Assembly (NCBI RefSeq): GCF_001194135.2 | Contig: NC_068998.1 | Location: 46,557,085 to 46,602,782 of the forward strand | Direction of reading: 5' to 3' | Source: Octopus bimaculoides | Taxonomy: Eukaryota | Length of the DNA stretch: 45,698 nt | Shown: positions 1 through 12,810 of the stretch, piece after piece | Layout: each line of letters opens with the position of its first letter | Numbering within the stretch: the first letter of the stretch is position 1 | Program-made: the position numbers and the translations under genes | Notes under the pieces: model-generated | Database searches by the model: none | What the model was told of the DNA's origin: nothing | The model's input: the letters and a program-made list of their open reading frames with translations, nothing else

Positions 1-342
1 TCTGATGGTGACGGGACACTTGCTTGGAGGCCTGGATGAGGAAGATTAGATCTTTAAAAAGAACTTTTATTGAACTGCCATTGAATTTTTGACTTTTATT
101 GGATTTGTATTGAACAATGTTTTCGAGGGGTCATCGATTGGCGGGCGTCGGTGCCTCTCTCATTTTTATTCACCTTTTGTTATCATCCTCATCACATTTA
201 TGTCTTTGTCCAGCCTGCAGCTACCACTCTATGTACAGCCCNNNNNNNNNNACCTTTTGTTATCATCCTCATCACATTTATGTCTTTGTCCAGCCTGCAG
301 CTACCACTCTATGTACAGCCCTTGTGGCTAATTCAATGAAAT

Positions 343-576
343 AAAGTAGCTTGTTTACCAAACACATGGTTCCAGGTTCAGTCTCACTGCTCGCACCTTG
401 GGCAAGTGTCTTCTACTATAGCCTCAAGCCAATCAAAGGCTTCTGAGTGGATTTGGTAGATGGAAACTGAAAGAAGCCTGTCATATATATGTATGCATGT
501 GTGTGTATATGTTTGTGTGTCTGTGTTTGTCCCCCCAACATCGCTTGACAACCGATGCTGGTGTGTTTACGTCCCT
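343..576 (+). mobile_element. SINE family A, 5'-truncated
   Basis: Matches the family A head and tail at 43042-43440. Confidence 0.8.
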
Positions 577-1002
577 NNNNNNNNNNGAGAGAGAGAAAAG
601 GTATGAAGAAAGTGTGAGGAAAGAGGTGGGTTTGTCTAATGATATTTATAAGGAGTAGAGTGGTGAAGGGCAAGCTAGTGAGACGAAAGAGATAGATAGA
701 TAATTAGATAGATAGACAGGGAGAGAGAGACAGACAGACAGATGAGAGATAAGGGGTATAAAGTAGGCCATTGGCCACACTGACTCATACTGACACAGAG
801 GGGCTTCCCCCCTATTTTGGGATATGTTAGGAGTCAGTGTACTAAACAAGGTAGGTAGGGCTCCTTTATACATTCCAGTAATGGGAAAGGGGACACTCTG
901 TCAACAATCCTACATTTTACTCACCTTACAGACACCCCCTAATCTCCAGGATCTGTCTCTCTACACAGATATGCGTATGTATGTATGTGTGAATATATGT
1001 AT

Positions 1003-1052
<50 letters not shown>
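1003..1052. repeat. (CA)n microsatellite
   Basis: Seen directly. Confidence 0.95.
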
Positions 1053-1058
<6 letters not shown>

Positions 1059-1163
1059 GCATATATAGGGACTTCAGCCACACTCCATGCAGGAAATTAG
1101 CTACGTGTTCAAATAACAGTATGAAGGTGTGTGTGTACGAATTACTTTACAGTTCCTGGATAG

Positions 1164-1290
1164 CAAATCCGCTCACAAGGCTATGGTTGGTCCAAGTATA
1201 TTGTAGAATTCACTTGCCCAAGGTGCCACAGAGTGGGACTGAACCTGGAACCATGCAATTAGGAAGCAAGCTTTTTACCGTACAGCTATG
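1164..1290 (-). mobile_element. SINE family A head
   Basis: Reverse complement of the family A head. Confidence 0.75.
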
Positions 1291-1331
1291 CATGCACCTA
1301 CACATACACACACACACACACAGAGGAAGTA

Positions 1332-1605
1332 ATGTTTACTGCCACTTCAACATGGCTGTTTCATCGAAACTGACGTTACTACCATTTTAACCCCAGGAGG
1401 ATGCCTCCTCCAGCTGGTTACTCGATGCAATCTGCACCTAATATATATTACAAGTAGGGGAGTGAACCCCTACCATGTTCTGCTTGGAATATAAATCAGG
1501 TGCAGATTGCATCACATAACCAGCTGGAGGAGGCGTCCTCCTGGGGTTAAAATGGTAGTAACGTCAGTTTCTATGGAACAGCCATACTGAAGTGGCGATC
1601 GACAT
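1332..1605. mobile_element. Fold-back MITE, TA-flanked (Tc1/mariner-type)
   Basis: Arms 1332-1439 and 1498-1605 are reverse complements (12 mismatches in 108 bp, no indels), with weaker pairing continuing inward; TA at 1330-1331 and 1606-1607. Confidence 0.8.
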
Positions 1606-1615
1606 TATATATAAG

Positions 1616-1652
<37 letters not shown>

Positions 1653-3094
1653 CCCCACACATACTCTCTCTCGCTTGCTTTCAATCTTTCCCCTTTTCTT
1701 TCTCTCACCCTCTCACTTCTATTCTAGCCTTTTCTCTCCCCCCCCCCTTGTATTCCTAGCCTTCCTCTGTCTCTCCATTCTCCATCCTTCAAGACATTTT
1801 CTGAGTCTTACCCGCTTTTCTCATCTCCTTGGCCCCCAAGGCCTTATTTTGTTCAACTATTCATCCTCGTCTACCATCTACCGTCCTAAATCACACTCTG
1901 TTGTCTTACTTGTTTTGTTTTGTTTGGTCTTGTCCCTAATTCTCCACCAGAGAATATTTTTTTGTATGGTGCCGACATTTGGTAAGCACTCAGTCTTATC
2001 ATTAAAGGTATGAAACTGAACAGTACCAATTGGTCAATAACTGTTGAAGAATTACGGACCGTCTGTTTGTCTCCCATTCGCTTTTGCATTCAGTAAATGT
2101 TACACTGGCTAGGCTTGAAAAGAGCGCATAAATAAAAATATATATATATATATTGAGTTGTTTTGACTTTTATTTTTAGCAATACCAATGCTGATTAGTA
2201 CCGTTGTTCACTCTAGCGACGTATGTATATATTTTTGCTTTAGGTTGTAAAATTGTGAATTAGACCTGTGTGGGCTAGAAAAAAATGAAGCAATATTTGT
2301 GGTGGTGGTGACAGTGATAATGATGGTGATGTTGATGACTTCGGAATAATATAGCACTACCATGCTGTCTTAAATGTTATCTACAAAATATAAAAATAAA
2401 AATATAACAGTTCCAAAAAAAAAAAAAATCCATTTCAATTAACCAAAAGAGGAATTGTATTTCTGTATCCAAACATGTACATTTTAAGATTTTCTACTTC
2501 AAGAAGATTTACTTATTTTCTTCATTTTGTTTCCCTGATGTTATCTTCTTTTCACCAATCTACTAAAGTTATCTGTAAGAGAAATAATGTTCTTGACATA
2601 TTCCTGAATAACAAGGCAATAACATCTCTGGTTTTATTTGGGTTTTATCCCTCACAATTCTCTGAAATATTATAAACATGACAAGCAAAAAACCTCTTTC
2701 TGAATCTTTCATAGCAATCAGAAATATAAATTAGATTAAATTTTCTTTTACTTAAATCTTGATGTATTTTGATGTAAGTACCTTCTGTAAAGATCAGATA
2801 ATTTCAGTGAAGAACTAAGAGACATGATAAAAGATGGCATAAAACATGTTTTTTTAACATCAACAGCTGTGAGTTTTATGAATGAATACTTAGATTTGTT
2901 TTTGTTTTTATTTGATATTATGTTATTTTATACATACATATGTTTGCCACCAAAATAGTAAAAATGGTAATGAAAATATGATGACTAAATATAGAGCAAC
3001 AAATTACATGAAAATTTGTGTCTAAGATAGTCTTGTCGATTGTAACATTCATATGTCCCTATCTGACATTTGTTACTCAACATATACAACAACA

Positions 3095-3545
3095 ATAATA
3101 ATTCTTTCTGCTATAGGTACAAAGCCTGAAATTTGGGAGGAAGGGTCTAGTAGTTTACATCTTCCCTAGTTTTCAACTGGTACTTATTTTATTGACTCTG
3201 AAAGAGATGAAAGACAAAGCTGACCTCGGCGGTATTTGAACTCAGAACATAAAGATCCATGAAATGCTTACTAAGCATTTTGCCTGGTGTGCTAACGATT
3301 CTGCCAGCTCGTAGCCTCAATAATTAATGATAACAATAATCCTTTCTTCTAAAGACACAAGGTCTGAAATTTTGTGGGAGGAGACTAGTTAATTACATCG
3401 ACCCCAGTGTTTCACTGGTACTTAATTTATCAACCCTGAAAGAATGAAAGGCAGTCAACCATGGCAGAATTTGAACTCACAATGTAAAGACGGGCGATAT
3501 GCCACTAAGCTATCCACCCGATGTACTAATGATTCTGCCAGCTTA
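3095..3545 (-). mobile_element. Two tandem copies of SINE family D
   Basis: Reverse complement of the 25250-25950 unit, twice, separated by (TAA)n-like spacer. Confidence 0.8.
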
Positions 3546-3572
3546 CAAAAAAGAGGATATAATCCCATCTAA

Positions 3573-3924
3573 CCCCTTAGTATTCAGATTACCCCATCAA
3601 ACATAATACTTATTTATTCACATTGTTTGGGATTAATTGTGCTCTGTCTTGTAGCTTCAAGATTTCGGTGGGTTGATTGTTAATTTTTAGAATGAGATTG
3701 TAGTGTTAGTGTGAGAGGTTGGATCTGGTCAGTTTGAACATACAACTGATAGAATATTTTGGCTGGATATGGCCAGTTTGAACATACAACTGGCAGAATA
3801 TTTTGGCTGGATATGGCCAGTTTGAACATACAACTGGCAGAATATTTTGGCTGGATTTGACCAGTTTGAACATTCAACTGGTAGAATATTTAGGCCAGAT
3901 CTGGCTGGTTTAAATGCTAAAGGG
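3573..3924. mobile_element. piggyBac-like MITE with 44-bp internal tandem repeat
   Basis: Left (C)TAA-CCCCTTAGTATTCA and right TAAATGCTAAAGGG-TTAA termini; 44-bp unit GGATATGGCCAGTTTGAACATACAACTGGCAGAATATTTTGGCT about 4 times (3721-3910). Related right-end fragments at ~22935-23090 and ~38090-38165. Confidence 0.6.
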
Positions 3925-5270
3925 TTAATCATAGATATTGCATGCCCGATAGTACAACTATTGACCCTACTTTTTTTAAAACACTCATTTACTGTTCACT
4001 TCCAGTGGATTATTCTCTGCACTGTTCATGCACTTTTGACTGCTTTTTCTCTTGAGTTGTAGTGCACCTGAGCACTGTATACCATAAGTTCATTATTATT
4101 ATAAAAAAAGAGGCTAAAGTTGGTGTTGGAAGGATGTTGGATTCTGCCAAGATAGTTGCTAATGCGTTAATGCCCTGTGAAGCAAGATGTTCGAGATACG
4201 ATAAGTATCTGAAATAGGGGTATTTATCTGATTAGAAGTCCACGGGATCAATATGTTGGACAAGATGAGAGTTTCAGATAATTAGAGATGCAAATTGTGT
4301 GGCCATATCATTGCTATATATAGCTTTAAATAGCTGGTGAGTGGCTGACAAAGGTCTCACTGAAGGATGCTAAGAATATATATGTGTATACACAAACATT
4401 ACAAATGTGTATGTATTTATGTATGTGTGAGAGATGTGTATGTACATGCACTTGTGTTTTTCTGTGTGTGTGTGTTTACGTGTTAAGTTCTTCAAAGAGA
4501 ATGCCTACAAAAATGCTGTGAGCTCTGTATGAAAGGAAGAAAGGACGGAAGAATTTCTCTATTGATTGATCACAAGATGAAAGAAGGAAGGAATGTGTAG
4601 ACGTATTGCATCATCGTTGCTATTGGTAACAACAATGGGCAGTTATCACTGACCACATATGTATATATACTATATACTATTATATATATATGTGTGTGTG
4701 TACACACACAGACACATATATGCATATACATGTATGTTTGTGTATATGTGTGTTTTGTTAGATTGTTAACTTAGCTTTTAATAATAGCTGAGAATTAAAT
4801 CCATCTTTTGTCATTGCTGCATCGACAACAGGAAGTTGGATGAAGTTTGCATGGATTGGAGATTGGACGGTCAGGGAATGATGGAAGGGTCATCTGTTGG
4901 CGTTGATAATATTGGAACAGTTATTTGTGTGGACAACAGTGTGCAAATATATCGATTGTTTTTATTTAGATCCTGGTCAACTGCAATTCAACGAATGAAA
5001 GACATCCTGTCTTTTGTGTGTGTCCAGGATTATATTGACCACTGTGTGTCCTTCCATTTCTAAAGGCAATATGGTATGATATGAGGGAAATCAGTATCTA
5101 TTTCTAGCAGGTTGGCTAAATGTATAGAGGCTCTCTCACTGGTTTGTGGTAGCAATAGAAATTAAAGGGCTCAGTGTATCCAGGACCTATGGCAGAGAGT
5201 GGGGGGACAGATCAGTGTAGTGGTGAGGACAACAGATGACCATGTATTGATATGGTTACCAGATGTCCAG

Positions 5271-5440
5271 GCATGGCTGTGTGATTAAGAAGTTTGCTTT
5301 TCAATCTCATAGTTCTGAGTTCAGTCCAACTGCCTGGTACCTTGGTCAAGTAAACGTTTTCTACCCTAGTCTTGGGCTGACCAAAGCTTAGTGAGTGGAT
5401 TTGTGGATTCGGTAGACAGATAAGAAAATGAGTCCATCGT
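5271..5440 (+). mobile_element. SINE family A head, diverged
   Basis: Similar to the family A head with many substitutions. Confidence 0.65.
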
Positions 5441-5454
5441 ATACATATATTTGT

Positions 5455-5775
5455 TGTTGTTGGCACTCCGTCGCTTACGACGTTGAGGGTTCCAGTTGAT
5501 CCGACCAACGGAACAGCCTGCTCGTGAAATTAGCGTGCAAGTGGCTGAGCACTCCACAGACATGTGTACCCTTAATGTAGTTCTCGGGGATATTCAGCAT
5601 GACACAGTGTGACAAGGCTGACCCTTTGAATTACAGGCACAACAGAAACAGGAAGTAAGAGTAAGAGAAAGTTGTGGTGTAAGAGTACAGCAGGGTTTGC
5701 CACCATCCCCTGCCGGAGCCTCGTGGAGCTTTTAGGTGTTTTCGCTCAATAAACACTCACAACACCCGGTCTGAG
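5455..5775 (-). mobile_element. Probable SINE body with (CAA)n tail, head lost in the gap
   Basis: Non-coding, CpG-retaining, ends at a (TTG)n tract; family assignment from recollection only. Confidence 0.4.
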
Positions 5776-6317
5776 ANNNNNNNNNNNNNNNNNNNNNNNN
5801 NNNNNNNNNNNNNNNNNNNNNNNNNNNNNNNNNNNNNNNNNNNNNNNNNNNNNNNNNNNNNNNNNNNNNNNNNNNNNNNNNNNNNNNNNNNNNNNNNNNN
5901 NNNNNNNNNNNNNNNNNNNNNNNNNNNNNNNNNNNNNNNNNNNNNNNNNNNNNNNNNNNNNNNNNNNNNNNNNNNNNNNNNNNNNNNNNNNNNNNNNNNN
6001 NNNNNNNNNNNNNNNNNNNNNNNNNNNNNNNNNNNNNNNNNNNNNNNNNNNNNNNNNNNNNNNNNNNNNNNNNNNNNNNNNNNNNNNNNNNNNNNNNNNN
6101 NNNNNNNNNNNNNNNNNNNNNNNNNNNNNNNNNNNNNNNNNNNNNNNNNNNNNNNNNNNNNNNNNNNNNNNNNGGCATGGGTTGGATACTTTGACAGGAG
6201 CTGGCCTGGCAGGGAACTGCACCAGATTTCTGTGTTTGTTTTGGCACAGTTGTTACCAGCTGGTTGCCCTTCCTAACACCATCTACCCAGCAGAGTGGAC
6301 ATATATATATATATAAT

Positions 6318-6483
6318 AGGCGTAGGAGTGGCTGTGTGGTAAGTAGCTTGTTTACCAACCACATAGTTCCGGGTTCAGTCCCTCTGCGTGGCACCTTGTG
6401 CAAGTGTCTTCTACTATAGCCTTGGGCCGACCAAAGCCTTGTGAGTGGATTTGGTAGACGGAAACTGAAAGAAGCCCATCGTA
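6318..6483 (+). mobile_element. SINE family A head
   Basis: AGGCGTAGGAGTGGCTGTGTGGTAAG...GAAAGAAGCCC. Confidence 0.85.
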
Positions 6484-7223
6484 TATATATATATAAGCTG
6501 GGTCTTATTATGTGCATACACTGCAAGAATATCATGTGGCCAGCACTCATTTCTACAGATGAGTGAACTGGAGCAACATGAAATAAAGTGTCTTGCTCAA
6601 GAACAAAATACGCAGCCTGGTCTGGGATTCGAACTCACAACTTTACGATCGTAAGCTCGACACTCTAACCACTGAGCCATGCATCTTCACATATATATAT
6701 ATATATATATATACACACAAATATGCATATATGTATATATGTAAGGTGGTGATAGTGATGTTGTGGTGAAAGTGGTGGTGATGGTCAAGATGGTGGTTGT
6801 TGGTCATTGTTGTGGTGGTGGTAGTGGTGGTAGTGGTTGTGGAGGTGTCAATGTTGTTTAATTCTAGATCAACCTTGGCTGAGCAGATTTATGACCAAAG
6901 TATTCCAACCATGACCATCTTGCCTTTTCTTTAGGGTCTAGTTACAAATTAGTAGGGTATAAACTGCAGAGTGGGTGGTGAGTGGACTTTGGCTGGTGTT
7001 TCTAACCGGGCCAAACAACTGTCATAGCAGGGATTATAGATGTTGTTGACGTGATTGTGGTAAAGGTCAGGGTTGTTGTAGTATGGGTGGTGTTGGTGGT
7101 GATGGCTGGTTTCATAACAGTGGATTTAATCTGGCTTTGTTGTGGTTGAATTAGCTACACACAAGCACGTGCATGCACCCACACACACATACATATATGT
7201 GTGTGTGTGTATGCATGTTAGTA

Positions 7224-7271
<48 letters not shown>

Positions 7272-8307
7272 NNNNNNNNNNNNNNNNNNNNNNNNNNNNN
7301 NNNNNNNNNNNNNNNNNNNNNNNNNNNNNNNNNNNNNNNNNNNNNNNNNNNNNNNNNNNNNNNNNNNNNNNACTCACATATGTATGTATGTACATACATA
7401 CATTCAAAAAAATACCCACTGCATGGCACCTTAGGAAAATGTCTTCTGCTATAACCTCAGGTCAACCAAAGCCTTGTGAGTCAATTTAGTAGACAAAAGC
7501 AGAAAGAAGCTCATTGCATATGTGTGTGTGTTTGTTTACATCCCCGTAACTTAGCAGCTCAATAAAAGTGACCGATAGAATAAGTACTAGGCTTAAGGAA
7601 AAAGATTACTGGGATTGATTCATCCAACTAAAATTCTTCGAGGCAGTGCCCCAGCTTGGCCACAGCCTAATGGCTGAAACAGATAAAAGGTAGATAGATT
7701 GATAGACAAACAGATAGCCAGACAGATAGATAGATATACATGTACACATACACTACATATATACACACATATATATACACATATGCATTTGTATACACAC
7801 TTATACATACATACACAGAAAAATACATACTCAGACATATATACTTACACATGCATATACATAGATACACAACATTACCCATTTTTAAACAAATAGACCA
7901 AAATTCTATTCAAGAAGAAATATACTAGAGACCAATTTGTTTTGTTAAAGATCTAAATATAGTTCTGATATCCTGATATGGTTGATGTAACTATGATGAT
8001 AAATAAGCTTCTTCTATTGGTAAATGGTAAATGATTCCCAAGACTTGCTTCTATAGAGCAAGCAACACTCATAATGTAGAAATTAAGTAATTTAATTTAT
8101 TTTCTTCTTCAAAGTGGTTCTAACTACCATTTTTGGGGGGTGACTGGTGATCAGTTTAGATTTCTTGCTTATTCTTTCGCACAGAGATAAATCAACCGTC
8201 TACTCTGATAGACACACTCTCACACAAAGTGCTTTCTCTCACGTACACACTTACATAAACATGCTCTCACACAGGAATACACACTCGCTCAAGCACACTT
8301 TCACATT

Positions 8308-8345
<38 letters not shown>

Positions 8346-9117
8346 CACATACATCCACACTCAAATATTCTCACACAAACACATAAGTACACACACACAC
8401 ACATACACAGAAGCCTCTTACACAAGCAGACAGTCTGTCTGTTTGTCTGCTTGTCTCTGTCTGTCTGTTTGCTTGTATCTCTCTCTCTATCTCACACGCA
8501 CAAACACACACACACTCACCACACACACCCTCACAGAAACATACACACACGCTCACACACACGCACACACACAAACACAAACACACACACACACACAGAC
8601 AAGGTGTGTTAGAAAATGAGTTATAGAATTGTAACCAGAAAAAAGAAAACAAAAGGAAAATGAAGTCAATTCTAAATTTCAGGAAGAAGAAAACAGCAAT
8701 GGCGCTGCCAATGGGGAGAGAAGAATTGGAATGATATTGAGATCAATAAGTGATAGAAAGAAAAGGTACAACAGAACGTTCTCTTGTTGTTTTCATCATA
8801 TTGATCTGGTGGAGCCATCTTTTATGAACAGGGAATTCACCAAGAAACGACTTTGTTGTGTATTCATTCTTCAATCGACTTTGATAACATCAGAAGAATT
8901 TTACAGGATTTCATACCCTTTATGAGCTACGCAAAATACAATGATACCATGAGCTTTGAGAATTGAATTTTGTAGGAATAATTTCAAGAAAAAGCTTTGG
9001 TTTTAGAGCTTTAGCAGACAAAAGCTCTCCAGGTCAAGAAATGCAAAAAAAGAATTTTCTAAATTTGGGAGAATAAACAAGGGAATGTTGAGTAATGACC
9101 AAAGGAGTAAAAGGGTA

Positions 9118-9455
9118 AAGAGTAAAGACCCCCTTTGGTTCATGAATGACCATGAGATTGCACCTAGAAAGTTCCCGTCTGAGGCACAAGTCTGGGCAAG
9201 ATTGTTTATGGAAGACCAGCAGTCGCCCATGCATACCAGACTCCTCTCTCCATGCCACCAATGTTATCCAAGGTAAAGGCAAAGGGGCCAATACAGCTTG
9301 GCACCAGTGATGACACAGCTCACTCCCACAGATGAGTGAACTGGAACAACGTGAAATAAAGTGTCTTGTTCAAGAACACAACACACAGTCCAGTCTGGTA
9401 ACCGAACTTTCTAACCTTGTGATTGTGAGCCAGATGCTCTAACCACTGAGCCAAG
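9118..9455 (-). mobile_element. tRNA-derived SINE family B; other copies at 6540-6690 (-) and 23312-23530 (+)
   Basis: Head TGGCTCAGTGGTTAGAGC (A box) and TGTGTTCTTGAACAAGACACTTTATTTCAC core on the minus strand; the same 3' body occurs at 23430-23530 in the opposite orientation. Confidence 0.8.
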
Positions 9456-10104
9456 GTGTACAATTGTGAGTACAAGAGGCCAAAAAGGATTCCTGGAGTA
9501 ACACTACTCAACAGGGTACACCGTAGTTGCAAAATGAACTTCTTAACTACACAGCCATGCCAGCACCTATACCCCCCCACCACACACACGCATAATATAT
9601 ATATGTATATATATAAATATATATTTCAAAATATCACTGTTTGGTTTGACTTCGTTATTACAACTTATATCATCATCATCAACCACCTCCTCTTCCTCCT
9701 CCTCAGCATCAATTAATGTTTGTTTTCCATGCTAGCACGAGTTGGATGGTTTAACAGAAGGTAAGCCAGCCACGGAGCTGGCCAGACTCCGATTGTCTGT
9801 TGCGGCATGGTTTTTCTATGGCTGGATGCCCTTCCTGACACTTTACAGAGTGTGCTGGGTGGCTTTTACATGCTATCGGCATGGGTGCATTTATGCAGCA
9901 CTGGCACAAGTGCATTTATGTGGCACCAGCACCTGTAAAGGACAAGCCTGCATGTATGGATTTTACTCAGCTTCATTGATGATGATGATGATGAAGCAGT
10001 TAAAATAATTTCTACCATAATGAACAATATCTTGCATGGTACTTTACCATGAGATGTTCATGTAAATTAATTAGGTACCCAAATGCCATATATGTTTAGT
10101 GCCA

Positions 10105-10440
10105 TTTGCTCGAAGTACACACTGTAACTACACTTGCTCAAAGTACACACCAAGTACTCTTGCTCAAAGTGCACACATTAAGCACACTTGCCCTAAGTAC
10201 ACTTGCTCAAAGTACACATTAATTATACTTGCCCTAAGTACACTAGCTCGAAGTGTACACATGAAATATGCACGCTTAGTATATTTGCTCAAAGTAGACA
10301 CATTAAGTACACTTGCCTTATGTACACATAGCAAATACACTTGTTTAAAGTACACATGCCAAGTACACTTGTCCTAAGTACACACACCAAGTACTCTTGC
10401 TCAAAGTACAAACACAAAGTACACTAACTCAAAGTATTTA
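10105..10440. repeat. Degenerate minisatellite with AAGTACAC / CACTTG cores
   Basis: More than 15 variants of AAGTACAC at 12-16-bp spacing. Confidence 0.9.
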
Positions 10441-10859
10441 CACAGACTACAGGAGAGGAGAAAGCTTCTTACTGTTGTTTACTAGATTTTGATTTTGGAC
10501 ACAAGCCAATAATCCCTTAAGCTTTAATCACCTGGTATCTCAACAACAGCTAAAATGTAATTGTGTCCAGCAAAAGAAAATAATTTATTTGTACAAGAAA
10601 AAGGATTTCTTACAACTGATTATAAGATATATCTTGATTGTGTTCTACCTTGCTTATTGCTTTCATTTAGTTGCTGAGGAAATTTCATAATTTAATTGTG
10701 TGGTAAGATAATTGCTCCCCCGACCACTTGGTTCCCGGTTTAGTGCCACTCTGTGGTGTCTTGGGCAAGAATCTCTTACACTATAGCCCTGGACTGTCCA
10801 AAGTTTACAAGTAGATTTGGTAAATGGATTCTAAAAGAAGCCTGTTCTCTCTCTTTCTC

Positions 10860-11050
10860 TCTCTATCAACCTGCATGCCTGTTGGTTTGTCTGTCTATCT
10901 ATCTAATAATCTATCTGCTTGCTTATCTATCTGTCTGTTTATCTACCTGTTTGTCTGTTTGTCTACCTTTCTATCTGCCTGTCTAATCTATCTATCTATC
11001 TACCTATCTGTCTGCTTGCCTGCCTGTCTATCTATCTATCTATCTATATA
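10860..11050. repeat. (TCTA/TCTG)n compound microsatellite; another at 11424-11530
   Basis: Seen directly. Confidence 0.9.
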
Positions 11051-11860
11051 AATGACAAAGCCACCTTGACCATGATTCTATAAAACGTTTTAAAATTTTG
11101 TAAACAGAGAGTTACTTACGTTTCTTGCATAAATAAAAGAAATTTTATTTAACAAACTGTGACACTAAGGACCGAGGTTACCGTGGTCTTTTCGTAGGTT
11201 TTTCTTTCCACGATTAACCTCCCCATTTATTGGGAATTTTCTGTATTATTTCATATTTTTTGTAAATCCCCCAAACGTTTTGCGATGTTCTTTTTCCATC
11301 GTTGTCCCCACTTTTGTTTATTTTTTTTTCTGCTTTGTTTTTCGCCCCCCTCGAAAAGAAAAACTCTACATTTGTATTTTGTCCCTTCTATGTTGAGCCC
11401 TGTGTGGCTAATAAAGAAACATATCTATCTATCTATCTAGCTAGCTGTCCGTCCGTCTATCTATCTAGCTAGCTGTCCGTCCGTCTATCTATCTATCTAT
11501 CTATGACTGTCTGTCTGTCTTTTTATCTATCTGCCCTTCTTGATATCATATGATAGTTGTAAAAGAGTGTCACTGTCACATAGGCAATGTCATTCATTTC
11601 CAGTGTTCAGTTTTAGTGAGTAGGAAAAACAGGCAGGACTCTACTTCCACTAGGAAAATGGCTTTGCTTGATATGTAGAAAAGGAGTCAGTCAAAAATCC
11701 AGTTGGTGTGCTCAGTACAAACTATGAACACACAAAGTGTAGTGGTAGAAGGTCAACAGAACAAGTAAACTTTGTATGTGGCAAAAGCACAGAAACAATA
11801 AATGCTAAAAATGCATGAGAAGCAGATTTTCTCAAATGTCCAAGAGGACTGGAGGATGCC

Positions 11861-12028
11861 CAGTGCTGTCTTAAGGTGTAGGCACCCTGAGCAGTTGTCT
11901 AGGGGCCTCACAGGTCTTGAGCCCAATTCTGGTTCATGTATGCTCTGGCTTACTATCAATAAATAAATACTATAAGGGACCAGTGCATTGATTTGACCAG
12001 GGGCTTATAATACCTAAGATGGCCCCTA
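11861..12028. mobile_element. hAT-type MITE
   Basis: Degenerate termini CAGTGCTGTCTTAAG and CCTAAGATGGCCCCTA; perfect 8-bp TSD AGGATGCC at 11853-11860 and 12029-12036. Confidence 0.75.
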
Positions 12029-12249
12029 AGGATGCCTAGAGATAGTAGATAGTTTCTGTCAGCAAAGGGATCTAATTAGTGATGGAAGATAATGGTTTCC
12101 TCTCCATTTCTAGGTTTTCTGAAGATGTATCATCTTCAACAAAGATAAACCAAATTGGTCAAGTCTATGGATATATTTTGATAGTCATATTTACATATCT
12201 ACATTTTTATATCTCTAGATTAAAATAATGTGGCTTAAGATATGTCTCA

Positions 12250-12320
12250 ATTTGAAGGGTTTGTGTTAAGTTTGAAGGGTTTGTACTAGGTTTGAAGGAT
12301 TTTCCTAGGCTTCAAGGTTG
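12250..12320. repeat. 20-bp tandem repeat TTTGAAGGGTTTGT..., about 3 copies
   Basis: Seen directly. Confidence 0.75.
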
Positions 12321-12436
12321 TGTCCCAGTGTCCTGTCCAGCAAGGAAATTTCTCTTGTTTGGAATATCCCAAAATGTCCCAGTTATGAGTGAAAGACTTA
12401 AATTCTATCCATCTTAAATTCCAACCATCCCTCTTC

Positions 12437-12810
12437 CTACTCCTCCTCCTGGGAGAGTCTTGGAGGTAGAGTCCTTAAGAACCTTCTCCATAGGAACCTA
12501 CCAGAAACAGCCTTCATTATACTTTCTGGCTGGATTCCCAAGTGTAACCAACTGAAACGATGGATATTATCCAACCATCTCATGCTTGGTCTACCCCTAG
12601 GTGTCCTGCCAGATGGCTCAGCTTGAAGAATCTGTTTTGCAGTTTTTCCCTTCGACATCCTAAACACATGTTTGTAGTGGCCCAACCTGGAGAGACTCCC
12701 TGAACTACGAGCTATGCACCTCGTTGACTAATGTTATCCCAAAGGTCCTTTGAAAGAATCTCATTTCATCCACTTGCATTTGTAATCATATTCTTTCACT
12801 CATTACCCAA
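12437..12810 (-). mobile_element. RTE-clade LINE remnant (Rex3/Expander-like reverse-transcriptase C-terminus), inactive
   Basis: Minus strand: WVMSERI*LQMQVDEMRFFQRTFGITL...RESLQVGPL / HVFRM...ILQAEPSGRTPRGRPSMRWLDNI...WLHLGI...WRRFLRTLPPR, matching the RTE C-terminal motifs (EM.FLRR, G.RPRGRP..RW.D); contains stops and a deletion/frameshift. Confidence 0.85.

Noticed and set aside
172-321. 70-bp exact direct repeat on either side of a 10-N gap (same pattern at 14819-15008 and 44187-44262)
   Set aside because: Identical sequence flanking a fixed-size gap is typical of unmerged contig overlaps, so it is an assembly artefact.
824-1390. 188-aa ORF
   Set aside because: Made of (CA)n, an antisense SINE head and a MITE arm; no protein-like signal.
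3721-3910. Regular repeat array superficially like CRISPR (also 10105-10440 and 26345-26515)
   Set aside because: Units are contiguous without unique spacers, the DNA is eukaryotic and there are no cas genes.
4130-4330. Possible LINE endonuclease remnant on the minus strand
   Set aside because: Only a vague HLVQHID resemblance amid stops; not supportable without a search.
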